DNA from: Sedimentisphaerales bacterium
Lineage (GTDB): Bacteria; Planctomycetota; Phycisphaerae; Sedimentisphaerales; Anaerobacaceae
Length of the DNA stretch: 64,000 nucleotides
Reading direction: 5' to 3'
NCBI GenBank assembly: GCA_963708075.1
Contig: OY970194.1
Coordinates: forward strand, 4,576,001-4,640,000
The position numbers and the translations under genes are program-made. Shown piece by piece: positions 1 to 10,756 of this stretch. Each line of letters begins with the position of its first letter. The stretch's first letter is position 1. The notes under the pieces were generated by a model. That model had not been told where the DNA came from, ran no database searches, and worked only from the letters and a program-made list of their open reading frames with translations.

Positions 1-683
1 GCGGAATTCGCGTGATCTCCGTGCCAGGGCCACATTGATTTCTCGATCAGGACGCAGAGAATGTCGCCGGGCATGGGATTGGGGATGATGGTCCCAAGCA
101 TTTTGGAGACAAGCCGCAGACTCCTCCGCGACGCGATGCTGCCCCCATTTTCCGGAAAGCACCACAAGCTGCGGACACGAAGCCCATGCCTGGCCAGCAT
201 GCGCCGCAGGCCGGTGAACACGAAAGGCTTGATATGGGTCCGGTCCGCCTTCTCATCGAAGAACTGCAACTTGCCCTTGAGCAGGAAACGCAGCCGGGAG
301 TGCAGCGAGTGAATGTTCGGCGTAGTCAGCAGGAAGACGCCGTTGTCGCTGAGATGCGACTCCACGAGGCTGAGCAATCGGCCGGTGTTCTCGATGTGCT
401 CGATGACCTCGATGGCGGTGATCAGTTGGAACTTCACATCCGTCAGTTGCAGGTCATCCTTGTCCACGTCCATCTGAAAGACCTTCGCACTCGTGCTGCC
501 GATCTGAGCGGGCTCGACGTCGACCCCGTAGAGATTGCGGAATCCGTGCCGTGAGAGCCGCTCCAGCCAGGCGCCGGTGCCGCAGCCGACATCGAGAACC
601 GCTCCGTCCCTGTTCAGCGGCGGAAGACGCCGCACCAGGGCCTCATGCAAACCCGGGATCGTCTTTTCCTGCAAGTGTTGCAT
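1..683 (-). CDS. Class I SAM-dependent methyltransferase (3' end runs off the window)
   Basis: Manual translation from ATG at 683: MQHLQEKTIPGLHEALVRRLPPLNRDGAVLDVGCGTGAWLERL...AIEVIEHIEN...LLTTPN. Motif I is VLDVGCGTG; no stop before position 1, so it is absent from the ORF track. Confidence 0.85.
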   Translation of the reverse strand, partial: MQHLQEKTIPGLHEALVRRLPPLNRDGAVLDVGCGTGAWLERLSRHGFRNLYGVDVEPAQIGSTSAKVFQMDVDKDDLQLTDVKFQLITAIEVIEHIENTGRLLSLVESHLSDNGVFLLTTPNIHSLHSRLRFLLKGKLQFFDEKADRTHIKPFVFTGLRRMLARHGLRVRSLWCFPENGGSIASRRSLRLVSKMLGTIIPNPMPGDILCVLIEKSMWPWHGDHANS

Positions 684-737
684 CGTCTCTACTCGCGTTG
701 TGCTCTCACACGCATTTCACAGCCTGTCGCAAGCGTC

Positions 738-844
738 CGGGTGGCAGCGGCAAGAGCCTGCCCTGAGCGAAGTCGAATGGGCCGAAGGCTTTGCCGATGG
801 CGGATGGGCAAGCCATCGGCAAGCTGCGCTTGCCGCTGCCACCC
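738..844. repeat. REP-like palindrome, family A (GGGTGGCAGCGGCAAG...CTTGCCGCTGCCACCC), with a nested GCCTGCCCTGAGCGAAGTCGAA unit
   Basis: Inverted arms visible; other copies at about 2725-2762, 9478-9510, 51025-51120 and 52464-52552. Confidence 0.8.
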
Positions 845-879
845 AGCACCTGAGTATCAGCAAGCGGGAGCACGTTTAT

Positions 880-2445
880 CTATGGCACAGTTCTCGGTCG
901 AAGGTGTCTCCATCGCGGCACAGCCAGGCTCCTGAGGTTCTGGCGGTCTTCCTGATCCAGACACCACAGCCATTCCATGAGCAATCCGCACAGGGCCGCC
1001 AGCGAGCCGCACACGCACACCTTCCATACGGGGCTTGTGGTGAAGGCCCGGCCGGCGCTGCTGAGAATGACGGTAGATAGAAGAATCAGAAGGGTCGCAG
1101 GCAGCAGGAACTGCCTCACGTACAGGCTCACGGATATGCCGAGACGCTTTAACGGGCGGTACACGGCATACCAGTTCACCGTGACCAGATGCGCGATCAA
1201 CGTCGCTGCGGCAATCCCCGCCAGCCCCCATGCAACGCCCAGGATGTAGGACAAGATGAGGTTGATCCCCGCGGCCATCATGAGCCAGAATCCGTAGGGT
1301 ATATCCTCCGTGGCAACGCCGACGCTCACGGTCACCGCGTGCTGGCAGTCCAGCAGGAGCATCAGGACAAACAGGACCAGGACCGTCTGGCCCACGAAAT
1401 TGCCCGGCCCAAGCCAAAGCTCGATGATGTCGCGGCCGCAGGCGATGAGCAGGGCCGACGCGATCCCAAAACCGACGACCACCACCCGCAGGTTTCTCCA
1501 CAGGAGCTTGCGCACGACGTGGAGGTTCCCCGCCTGCCATGCCTGCGAGATCAGCGGCGCTGATGGCTCGATGGGCGATTTGAACAACTCGTGAATCGTG
1601 GACACCAGGGCATACGCGGCCACGTAAGCCGGGACGGCATCGAGACTCACGAGGTATGCAATGTAAAACCTGTCCGTCTGCATGACCAGAAACGTGCCGA
1701 GGCCCATCAGCCATAGCTTCAGGGCAGGGGCAACCATCGATCGGGCCAGTCCCCGGTTCCACGCACCACGGGTGGCCGTGACCTCGGGATATCTATGTTT
1801 GACAACTATCCAGGCGGCAAAGCAGCTCGCGACCCCGCCGAGACACCAGACAACGGCCATGCCGGTGATTCCGCCGCCGGCCGCCACAACCGCGATGCTG
1901 AGAATGTCCACGAATATGAGGCATGCGAGATTGATGGCCCCCGCCCGTCCGACATCACCCAGACCGCACAGCAGTGAATGGACGAACTGCGCCCACGTGT
2001 TGATGCCGTAGCCGACGCACATCAGGCACCATGCGATGTATGTCGTCTCCATGGCCCCGGGGTCCAGGTCCAGCGTCCTGAGGAACCAGCGCCCCCCGAG
2101 CACGCTGCCCAGGACAATCATGAGCACCAGGCAAAACAGCATCCGCCGGCTGGTCGCCAGCAGGTCCGCAATGCCCCGGATCGACGCGCCGGACAGCGGG
2201 CAGTAAGGGTCGTCGCCGCTGAGCCCTTTGGCGAACGCCACACGCCTTTGAACGGTTGGTGGCAATCCGAAGTTGAACAGGTACAGCAGCGCGACAGAGT
2301 TGTTCATGAGGAACCAGACGCCCAGCAGCTCTCTCTCCAGGTAATAGAACTGCATGGGCACGAGGATAAGATTCAGTGCCTTGTGAACGAAGGTGCCGGA
2401 GACGGCCACCATCGTGCCCAGAGCTATTCTGCGGTCGCCTCTCAT
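880..2445 (-). CDS. Wzx-like polysaccharide flippase (MATE/MOP superfamily)
   Basis: 521-aa polytopic membrane protein directly downstream of the wzc-like gene. Confidence 0.8.
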   Translation of the reverse strand: MRGDRRIALGTMVAVSGTFVHKALNLILVPMQFYYLERELLGVWFLMNNSVALLYLFNFGLPPTVQRRVAFAKGLSGDDPYCPLSGASIRGIADLLATSRRMLFCLVLMIVLGSVLGGRWFLRTLDLDPGAMETTYIAWCLMCVGYGINTWAQFVHSLLCGLGDVGRAGAINLACLIFVDILSIAVVAAGGGITGMAVVWCLGGVASCFAAWIVVKHRYPEVTATRGAWNRGLARSMVAPALKLWLMGLGTFLVMQTDRFYIAYLVSLDAVPAYVAAYALVSTIHELFKSPIEPSAPLISQAWQAGNLHVVRKLLWRNLRVVVVGFGIASALLIACGRDIIELWLGPGNFVGQTVLVLFVLMLLLDCQHAVTVSVGVATEDIPYGFWLMMAAGINLILSYILGVAWGLAGIAAATLIAHLVTVNWYAVYRPLKRLGISVSLYVRQFLLPATLLILLSTVILSSAGRAFTTSPVWKVCVCGSLAALCGLLMEWLWCLDQEDRQNLRSLAVPRWRHLRPRTVP

Positions 2446-2724
2446 GACTCAGCGCATACTCCGTCCCTGTCGGCATCCCTGTCGTGCGCGGGCGGCAAAG
2501 CGACAGCCGGCGAGGGAGGCGTGCCCCTCCGCTCGCACGCCCGTCAAATGACTTTGAGGTTCGTCATTCCCTCGCGAAATTCTCAATGCACAGGAAGTAT
2601 GCCCGGCGAGGACCGAGGCCGGCCGAGAGCATCTCGAAAGCCGCCGTCACTTGCTGTATACAACCCCCCATGATAGGCATCATCACACTCACTAGTACTC
2701 TGACCACACTAAAGATGTGAGTAT

Positions 2725-2762
2725 CGGGTGGCAGCGGCAAGCTGCGCTTGCCGCTGCCACCC
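2725..2762. repeat. REP-like palindrome, family A (minimal hairpin)
   Basis: GGGTGGCAGCGGCAAGC-TGC-GCTTGCCGCTGCCACCC perfect stem. Confidence 0.85.
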
Positions 2763-2791
2763 ATCGTAAGCAATGCACTTTGCCCACAACT

Positions 2792-5092
2792 TTAAGATGG
2801 TCGCAGTACTAGGCTTCTGCTGAGTCCGGCTTCCAGCGGCTTCAGGGTCATACCGATACAAGTGTCGTGCGCTTTGGCATCCGGGCCGTGCTTGTGATTC
2901 GAACGACCCGATCCGTAGTGCCCGCCATAGTACCCGTAGCGGCCGCCGTCCCGGTGGACTTGATTCACTACGATTCCCAAGAGCCGCCCTCCTACGCCTC
3001 GCAACGCCTCGATCGCCCGCTGCGTGATCTTTCTCGTGGACCGGTCCGCCCGCAGTACGAGAATCGTGAAATCGCACAGCGCGCCGAGAATCTGTGCGTC
3101 GGTCACGGCAGTGACGGGCGGGGCATCGACGATGATCCGGTCGTACACCCGGCCCAGGTAGGCCAGAAGCTTGGCGAATTGCGGGCTGTTGAGCACCTCG
3201 GCAGGGTTGCCAATGCCATAGCCGCACGTCAGCAAACTGAGCCCGGGCACCTGCGTCGGCTGGATCGCCTGCGTCAGTTTCACTTTGCCTTCCAGCACAC
3301 TGCACAAGCACTGCTCCTGATGGTTGATATCGAAAATCCTGTGCTGAATCGGCTTTCTCAGGTCGGCGTCGAGGATGAGCGTTTTCTGTCCGGCGCGGGC
3401 CATGGCAATGGCGAGATTGCTGACGAGGGTCGATTTGCCATCCTCAATGCCCGGCGAGGTGATCAGCGTGGTTTTCGCTTTGCCGTTGGGAGCGCCGAAG
3501 AAAACCGCCGTGCGCACGATCCGGAACGCTTCGGCCTCGCGGGAAGAGGGCTCCAGGAGGATCCTGCGGCCGCGCATCGGAACCGACTGGCGCCGGGACA
3601 TCGTCGGCACCACCCCGAGAACGGGCAGGCGGAAGATCGTCGAAATCTCCTCCGTCGAGCGGATCGTCTGGTCGATCCAGTCCCTGGCCGCCGCGATCCC
3701 CCCGCCCAACACCAATCCACAGAGCAGAGCCATGGCGATGACCCTCTCCTTGCGCGGGCTGAACGGGCCAGCGGCTGGAAGGGCAGGCTCCAGAATCTCC
3801 ATCTGGAGTTGTCCCACGTCCTCCCCGACGATCTTGCGGATCTCGCGGATTTGCTGCTCCAGGGTCTGCGAGTACCCCAGCAACTGATCGACCTCGGAGC
3901 GAAGCCGCTGGTACTGGGCGATCTCCGTATTCAGTTGGGTCACCCGCGTGCGCTGGTCATCGTATACCCTGCTGAGTTGCTCGGCGTAGTCTCTGGCTTC
4001 GCTGTGGCGTTGCTCTGCCGCCTCCATCGCGGCGGCCACAAATCGGCCATCCAGCTCGGCGATTCTCCCCCGGACCCGCTCCATCTCGACCGTGAGAGTG
4101 GCCACCGTGGGATGGTTCGGCGTCAGCGTGTCCAGGAGCTTCTCCCGCTGCACCTGCAACTCGGTCAAGCGATTCTCCAGCGAAGTCCTTTCCGTCATAG
4201 CGCCCTGCGGAACATCGATCCCATCTTTGACCAGCATGTACTGCCGCAGCGCCCCCGGGTCCCTGGCCAGGAACTGCACCCCCTTGCGAAATGACTCCGC
4301 CTCCTGGGCGGCAATCTCGGCCTGCGTCAGAGCCGTCTGGAAGTCCAGGTACCGCTGTGTCACCACCGCGCTCTGATCCGAGCCCAGCGCCAGCGGCATC
4401 TTGTTGGCCTGGAACGTCTCCAGCGTATTGCGCTTGCCTTCGAGCTCCTTGTTCGTCCGCGCCATCTCGCTCTGCAGGATTTGCAGCACCTGGGACGAGT
4501 TCTTTCGTTCATGCTGCGATCGGGACGCCATGTAGGCATCGACCACGTAGTTGACGATCTCCGCCGCCTCCACGGGGTACGGCGAATGGAACGAGACGCC
4601 GATGATCTCATCCTTCTTGCCGACGGTGACTGCGATATTGTCCTGCAGGTATGCCACGGGGGCGTCCACGCCGGCCAAAGCCCGCATCTGGCGCTGCCGG
4701 AGCATCTCGACGGCTGCGGTCAGAATGGGCCTTGAGCGAAGCAGCTCCGCTTGCGTGTACAGGTATCTGTCGGTCTGCGGCACGCTGCCCGGCTCGTACG
4801 GCCGGCTGATCCGGATGCCACCATAATCAAGGTAGAGTTTGGCCGTGCTTGTGTACAAGGGAACAGTCAGCTCAACATAAGTGATGCCTGCGCCCAGCGC
4901 AAGCAGGATGCACAGCAGGACGATCCACCGGCTGCGCCAGGCGGCCGTCAAGAGCCCCGAGTTCGATCCTACAGCGCGGGCGGCGCCGACAAAATCATCC
5001 CTTGGCATTCCATAAGCCGAACGGTTGATCCGCCCGACCGGTCCATTGTCCGTGATGGCCGTAAGACGCGATGGTTGTCCCTGCTCAGTCAT
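2792..5092 (-). CDS. wzc: Polysaccharide co-polymerase / BY-kinase (Wzc/GumC family)
   Basis: Two TM segments around a coiled coil; Walker A ITSPGIEDGKST, ILDADLRKP, IIVDAPP; C-terminal Tyr cluster YGYYGGHY. Start placed at MTEQG, which overlaps the upstream stop. Confidence 0.9.
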   Translation of the reverse strand: MTEQGQPSRLTAITDNGPVGRINRSAYGMPRDDFVGAARAVGSNSGLLTAAWRSRWIVLLCILLALGAGITYVELTVPLYTSTAKLYLDYGGIRISRPYEPGSVPQTDRYLYTQAELLRSRPILTAAVEMLRQRQMRALAGVDAPVAYLQDNIAVTVGKKDEIIGVSFHSPYPVEAAEIVNYVVDAYMASRSQHERKNSSQVLQILQSEMARTNKELEGKRNTLETFQANKMPLALGSDQSAVVTQRYLDFQTALTQAEIAAQEAESFRKGVQFLARDPGALRQYMLVKDGIDVPQGAMTERTSLENRLTELQVQREKLLDTLTPNHPTVATLTVEMERVRGRIAELDGRFVAAAMEAAEQRHSEARDYAEQLSRVYDDQRTRVTQLNTEIAQYQRLRSEVDQLLGYSQTLEQQIREIRKIVGEDVGQLQMEILEPALPAAGPFSPRKERVIAMALLCGLVLGGGIAAARDWIDQTIRSTEEISTIFRLPVLGVVPTMSRRQSVPMRGRRILLEPSSREAEAFRIVRTAVFFGAPNGKAKTTLITSPGIEDGKSTLVSNLAIAMARAGQKTLILDADLRKPIQHRIFDINHQEQCLCSVLEGKVKLTQAIQPTQVPGLSLLTCGYGIGNPAEVLNSPQFAKLLAYLGRVYDRIIVDAPPVTAVTDAQILGALCDFTILVLRADRSTRKITQRAIEALRGVGGRLLGIVVNQVHRDGGRYGYYGGHYGSGRSNHKHGPDAKAHDTCIGMTLKPLEAGLSRSLVLRPS

Positions 5093-6674
5093 TCTCGTCC
5101 CAGAGGTCGGTTGGATCGACAAAGAGAACCGAACGTGAGTCGAAAGTATCGGTCAAAGAACACATTCGTGCGAGTGCGTAGCGTGTGTTCCACAGAGATC
5201 ACGTCGCCGGCTTTGACCGGCATCGCCAGGGCGTCCGTCAGGTCCTGCTCGTTCCTGGTGTTCACGAGTTGGATCGTGATGCTCGAAATCTCGCCGTCCG
5301 GCTGCAGCCGATAGATGCTCACATACCGCGGATCGGACACCGGATCCAATCCGCCCGCAAGACCGATCGCCTGAATCAGGTTGTACTCGGTGTTCGGCGG
5401 GTACGGGAAGTTGCCCGGATCTCTGACCAGTCCCAGGACAGAAATGAGCAGCTCGCGAGGCCACTCCACCGTAACCGTGTCGCCTTCCTGCAGCGTCACA
5501 TCGTTGAACGGGATGTTCAGCCCCTTGATCGGCAGAACCAGGGTGGTTACAGCCTGATCGTTGACCCACTGGATGGACCTGGCTGGTGTGCTCCGGCCGG
5601 ATGGGATCTGCTTCTTGAAGGGCGGCGCGCCCAGAAGGGCCACGAGCCGTCCCTCCTCCACGGTCCAGCCACAGTCCTGCGCCACCGCAGCGGTTCTCGG
5701 ATTTCAGCGGGGCTGCGTTCAGGGCTTGGGCCAATCGGGCGACTTTTGTCTGCAGGTCCGCCACCGGCACCCGGCTCGACGCGGCAGTCGCCGCATCGAG
5801 GAATGCCGACATCTGGGCCTGAGCGGCCAGATCACACCACTTGCGGACCATCGTCTCATTCTGATCTGCAATGGCAAGCCAGCCCGTGGTCTTGAGAGGC
5901 CCCTCCCGTTCGAATGCAGCCCGGAGGGTCGCGCTCCCAATGACGGGTCCGGCTTGATCCAGGAGCGTTGCCTGCACCTGACGGATCCCCGGCCGGCCAT
6001 CCGCGTTTCCCAGGAGAGCCGGGGCCTGCATTTCGGAAGCCTGCGAGGCGCCGGCCTCGCGCCGGGCGATCCGGATGAGGGCTGCGCCCCGCTCCACGAT
6101 GCCGCCCGCCTCCATCAGCAAGGCCACGAGTGACATCTGGTCGGGCCGTAGCGAGTAGACGCCCGGCCGGGCGACCGCCCCAACGACGGAAACACGCCGC
6201 ATATTGTACTGCAGGACACTCGCGTAGATCGGACACGGGGCCTTGATATATTTCGGATGATATTGGGCGAGCACTCCCGCCTCGATCTCCGCCAGGGATT
6301 TGCCCGCCGCCGCAAACGGGCCGGCCACGGGAAGCATGATTGTCCCGTCGTCGCTGATCCGGCAGGCATAGGTTCTCCTTTTTTCCGTCGGTGACCGTGC
6401 CGTCGAAGCTCTGCGACGTCAGGATCGCCGGCATTTCCAACTGCACGACGTCGCCGGTGCCGGTGCGGTAGGGTCCGGTGACGATCTTCGCCTGCAGGAC
6501 GCGATCCATATCGACCGCCGGCCCCGTCGCCTCATCCGCCTTGAAGACAGCCATCTCCTCGACGGAGGGTCTGCGCACCCGATCACTGCAGCCGGTCAGT
6601 ATGCACCCCGCGCTCATGCACACGAGGAGCCACAGACATGGCCTTGCCGCTGCCAATAGAGACTCCCTGCTCAT
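5089..6674 (-). CDS. wza: Polysaccharide export lipoprotein (Wza/SLBB domains), split by two frameshifts
   Basis: Joined from ORFs 5856..6722 (lipobox-like ILTGC; YRTGTGDVVQL), 5153..6337 (VSVVGAVARPGVY) and 5089..5685 (ISVLGLVRDPGNF..LAGG). Frameshifts near 6375 and 5700. Confidence 0.8.
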
Positions 6675-6920
6675 GGTCACCCGCCTTATCCCTGGACCGA
6701 GAGTGTCCACACATCCCCCCAAATGATATGACTGCTCCTGCGATCGCGGCCCGGGCCCTGCGTCACGGAGCGGGCTGAAAGACGTTCCCTGCGGCCGGCG
6801 CGACGCTGATCCGGCGCCTCGCTTTCCCCATTCTCATGGCCATGGCGCCCCCCTTTCCTGCCGACCGCACGCCCCCACACCTGCCGCTGCACGTGCCGCC
6901 GAAAGATCGTCATCTGCGTG

Positions 6921-7208
6921 TCACATGCAGCGAGGGCACTCGAACCGCCGGCACTGCTCGCGAAAGCAGGTAAACATATGCAGGATCAGTTCACACCGAT
7001 CGGCGACGCCGAATCGCATGAACAGCCGGCCCAGGTGAGTGCGCACCGTTGGCACAGACACTTCGAGCTCCTTGGCGATCTGCTTGTCAGACCGGCCGCA
7101 CAGAAGCCGCTCCACAATCTGCGCCTGGCGACGCGACAAACCCAGGTTCCGATGAAGGTCCGCCCACTCCGTTTCTGAGAATACTTGTAGATCCGCTGCG
7201 AATAGCAT
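6921..7208 (-). CDS. Stand-alone LuxR-type HTH regulator
   Basis: LSRRQAQIV..GRSDKQIAKELEVSVPTVRTHLGRLF is a LuxR C-terminal HTH signature. Confidence 0.85.
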   Translation of the reverse strand: MLFAADLQVFSETEWADLHRNLGLSRRQAQIVERLLCGRSDKQIAKELEVSVPTVRTHLGRLFMRFGVADRCELILHMFTCFREQCRRFECPRCM

Positions 7209-7566
7209 TTTCCACCCCTCTCTGATGCATCATCCTGATGCACATACAGGGCCTGTCAAGTAAGAAGCTTCCTTGCTGTTCCCGGAATATGTAATGCACG
7301 GGCACCCGACGTGACATGTCGCCGAGCGCCACTTCTGACAAGTCCCTTGGTACTCGCGTTGTCGAAGTGCGTCAATTAAGGAATTTGCTCAATTTGCACA
7401 CTGTGACTTGGCATTGCGGAAACCCGCCCCAATAGGCCGGTTATATCCCCTATTGGCGAGGCTGTCTGCGAGGACCGCCGCAGAGCAGAGCAACTTGCCC
7501 AACGTGAACTGCGCGGTGTGACATCAAGGCTATGTCGACGCGCTGCAGGTATGCCGTCCCGGTGCG

Positions 7567-9036
7567 TCAGTGAGAGATGTTGTCTTCAAGCTGTGCCACG
7601 ATGGCGCGCGTCCGGGCCACCTTATTGCCGTGCGGACTTTGCCAGTGGACCTCCTCGTCACACGCGACCATTTCGTCCACTTTTTTGCAGGCTACGAGCA
7701 CCGTGGCGTGATTCTTGTTGCCCATGTGCCGGCCCACTTCGGAGGAGGACATGTTAGTGTGCTTGCGGGTCAGGTACATGCTGAAATGCCTGGCCAGGGA
7801 GATCGTGTGGCTCTTCTTGGAGGAATGGAGTTGTGCCGGCGTCACGCCGAAGTAGGCGCTGACGGTGCTTTCGATATCGGCGATGTGAATGATGGGGTCG
7901 CACCGTTCGATGTGCTCGGCGAGCACCGCCCGGGCCATGGACAGGGTCAATCTTGCGCCCTGCAGGGCAGCGCAGGCGGTCAGTTTCACGAGCGCCCCTT
8001 CCAGCTCGCGGACGTTCGTGCGGACGCTTTCGGCTACAAATCGGATCACGTCCTCCGACAATGGCTGACCGCCCCCGCCCCCCGCCGCACTCACGATCCG
8101 CTCCGAGTATTGCCGGCAGATGGCGCAGCGCGTCTCGAAATCCGGCGGCTCGATCTTGACGACCATCCCGGAGACAAATCGATTCACCAGCTTGTCCGAC
8201 AACTGCCCGATCATCTTGGGATGGGCATCCGACACGAGGACGACCTGTTTGCCCGCCAGGCTGATCGTGTTGAACGTATGCAGGAATTCCTCCTGGGTGG
8301 ATGGCTTGCTGGCCAGGAAATGTACGTCGTCAATCGCCAGCAGGTCCGTTTGCCTCATGCGATTTCGAAACACCTCCAGCCTCTTGGTCTTCAAGGCGAG
8401 CACGAACTGATTGGCGAAGTCCTCTGCGGACAGATACAGCCACCTGGCTCCCGGCTTGGCCTGGGCGACGCCGCTGCAAATTCCCTGCAGCAGGTGGGTC
8501 TTGCCGACGCCGCATCCGCCATGAATGAACAGAGGGTTATAGGGGCTCTGCCGCTCCCGGACTACAGCCCGGGCCGCATTGTACGCCAGCTCGTTCGATG
8601 GTCCCACAATGAAGCTGTCCAGCGTCAGCCTCAGGCTGGCCGGCGAACACGACGCGGCATCCGCTGCATGGCCGCGACGTTGAGCGTGAGGCGCTGAGGC
8701 TACCGGCCCCGCCTGTGGCTGGGGGGACGCGATACTGGGCCGCCGTTTGCCCGAGAGCTCCGCGTCCACCACAAACGAGATCTCCGGGACCACCCCCAGG
8801 ACAGACTGCGCAGCCGCCTTGATCTCTTTGAGGAAGTGGCCCTCGAGCCAGCCGGCGAGGAAAGGATTGGGAACGCCGATTCGGAGGTATTCGTCACTCA
8901 GCACGAAGCGGGTGCAGTCCTGGAACCAGATCTTGTACTTCTCCCGACCGATCCGCTCGGCGAGTGATCCGGTTAGAGCTGTCACATCGGACCCTGTGGT
9001 GCGGGAACCGCCATCCGTGATCGTGCCCTGCATCAA
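7567..9036 (-). CDS. dnaA: Chromosomal replication initiator protein DnaA
   Basis: YNPLFIHGGCGVGKTHLLQ (Walker A), LLAIDDVHFL (Walker B), TQEEFLHTFN, NVRELEGAL, and domain IV GNKNHATVL. Confidence 0.97.
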   Translation of the reverse strand: MMQGTITDGGSRTTGSDVTALTGSLAERIGREKYKIWFQDCTRFVLSDEYLRIGVPNPFLAGWLEGHFLKEIKAAAQSVLGVVPEISFVVDAELSGKRRPSIASPQPQAGPVASAPHAQRRGHAADAASCSPASLRLTLDSFIVGPSNELAYNAARAVVRERQSPYNPLFIHGGCGVGKTHLLQGICSGVAQAKPGARWLYLSAEDFANQFVLALKTKRLEVFRNRMRQTDLLAIDDVHFLASKPSTQEEFLHTFNTISLAGKQVVLVSDAHPKMIGQLSDKLVNRFVSGMVVKIEPPDFETRCAICRQYSERIVSAAGGGGGQPLSEDVIRFVAESVRTNVRELEGALVKLTACAALQGARLTLSMARAVLAEHIERCDPIIHIADIESTVSAYFGVTPAQLHSSKKSHTISLARHFSMYLTRKHTNMSSSEVGRHMGNKNHATVLVACKKVDEMVACDEEVHWQSPHGNKVARTRAIVAQLEDNISH

Positions 9037-9099
9037 TAACTCCCCATCGCTTATTACTCGTCACGCTGTCCGCGCGTGCATTATGGTCTGAAAAAGAGG

Positions 9100-9470
9100 G
9101 TCCAATCCTCTACCGAAAATCAACTCTGCCTGGGTGCTATTATTTTGAAAAGGTTCGGCAAATCAACACGATTCCGACGGTTTTCTTTTCCACCTGACGG
9201 CAGGGGCCGCACGGCACTGGCTTTGCGCGAAAAAAAATCTCCTGTGCACAGGTTATCCACGCTGTAACTGCCCTTTGTGGAAAACCTGTGCACATCTGCG
9301 TTGCCCCCTACCCCCGACATCCCAACTTATCAGTACTGGTAATGCCCATCCCCTGAACAACCCCCTCCACGCAGGTCTTTCGCCGCTCGCCCACGCTCCC
9401 CAGTTATCCACAGCAACGATCGATGCCCCCGTTCCATCGCGACGACCATCGGTGCCTGTGGAGACAATCT
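9100..9470. promoter_or_regulatory. DnaA-box cluster, candidate oriC / dnaA autoregulatory region
   Basis: Perfect TTATCCACA at 9404-9412; TTATCCACG at 9253-9261; TGTGGAAAA at 9276-9284; TTTTCCACC at 9186-9194; CTGTGCACA at 9242 and 9286; AT-richer stretch near 9110-9190. Confidence 0.75.
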
Positions 9471-9605
9471 GGTGCTCGGGTGGCAGCGGCAAGCGGAGCT
9501 TGCCGATGGTGCTGGACGTCTGAGGAACCATAGGCAAGCCGGCGCGTGGTACGTATTGAGCGTGAAGCCTCTCGTTCCCCGGGTCGCACCGCCGGGTGCC
9601 ATGCC

Positions 9606-9684
9606 GGGTGCCACGCTTACGCTCGCGTAAGCATGCCTTGTCCGTTGAGCTGAACATGTCTACGCAAGCGTAGACATGGCACCC
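9606..9684. repeat. ~80-bp double-hairpin repeat, family B
   Basis: GGGTGCCAC/TGCTTACGCTCGCGTAAGCATG...CATGTCTACGCAAGCGTAGACATGGCACCC; near-identical copy at 56443-56521. Confidence 0.85.
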
Positions 9685-9750
9685 CGCGGCGATAAGGTCT
9701 GACTGCTGAACTTGTCTGTCAGAACTCACTGGGGCGAGCGTCCGCCCCGC

Positions 9751-10629
9751 CTAACGCCGTCTCTTGCTGCCACCGGACACCGTTGTGCGTTTGTGGCTCC
9801 TGCGAGCCGGTGCTTTGTCGGCCGCGGCTCGCCCCTTATGCCGGGCGGGACGCACGACCGCTGCCCTGCGTCCCCTACCGCCTTGCCTGCCAGTCTTCTT
9901 CACCCTGGCACGTGTCCCCTTTCGTCGGCTGTTGGCTTTCAGCCACTGGGCATGGACCTCCTCGCGCCGTTCGACTGGCCACTCCTCGGGAAAGTTCGGC
10001 TGCGCGAAGACGCCGAAGCGCTCCACCGCCGCACGATCATATACCCGCGCCGCCTCGACCTCATCATCAAAGTAGCCAAGGTGAGTACCGTGCCCTTTGA
10101 ACTTAATAGCAGTTTGCCACTTGCCACACCTCCTGCAGAAAGAGACGCCTTTGTACCGCGAACTAGCCCCGGCTCGTTTCGCGGTGTTGTATACATTGTC
10201 CCGACGAGTGCAGATGCGCAGGTTGGTCCGGTAGTTGTTGCACCGGTTCCCATCCCAGTGATCCACGATCTTCCCTTTGGGCACCCGCACGATCTCGCGG
10301 TGCATGAATACCCTCTTGCCCCTCTTACACCGCACGGCATAGCCGTTGACTGAGTGCCATTTCCACTGATTCAGCCACTCGTAATCGGCGGCATCTACCA
10401 GGGCGTACTTGCCGTGGCCTAGGGGGATGCGCCGGACGTCGTCCGGCGGCTCAGGGGATTTCGCCTGAAAATTCCGGCAGGGCACGCCGGGGACATCATG
10501 CATCTGGCCCGGCCACTGCGGGTGGTTCGCACACCGCGGCACCAGCGGCTCGCGGATCCACATGGCCCGCAGCAGCCGCCCCGCCTCGGCGCTCACATAC
10601 ACGCAATTCCAGCACGTCCGCTCAGCCAT
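9751..10629 (-). CDS. HNH endonuclease with AP2 domain and Cys-rich N-terminus (copy 1)
   Basis: MHREIV...VDHWDGNRCNNYRTNLR (HNH); SSRYKGVS...HLGYFDDEVEAARVYDRAA (AP2); GGAGG RBS before MAERTC. Confidence 0.88.
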   Translation of the reverse strand: MAERTCWNCVYVSAEAGRLLRAMWIREPLVPRCANHPQWPGQMHDVPGVPCRNFQAKSPEPPDDVRRIPLGHGKYALVDAADYEWLNQWKWHSVNGYAVRCKRGKRVFMHREIVRVPKGKIVDHWDGNRCNNYRTNLRICTRRDNVYNTAKRAGASSRYKGVSFCRRCGKWQTAIKFKGHGTHLGYFDDEVEAARVYDRAAVERFGVFAQPNFPEEWPVERREEVHAQWLKANSRRKGTRARVKKTGRQGGRGRRAAVVRPARHKGRAAADKAPARRSHKRTTVSGGSKRRR

Positions 10630-10756
10630 CTCGCACCTCCGGAACAGTAGTCGGTAGTCGGTTACCGGTCCTCGCGGACAAGCATCAGAACCGGCCCGCC
10701 CTCTTAACTTCACACTTCAAACTTCCCACATCCAACTCCTTTTATCTGTTCTGTAC

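Noticed and set aside
2867..4294. Long antisense or alternate-frame ORFs (e.g. 2867..4294, 7570..8697, 14785..16233, 41693..43045, 49593..50945, 52559..54142)
   Set aside because: Shadow ORFs of well-supported genes, expected in high-GC DNA.
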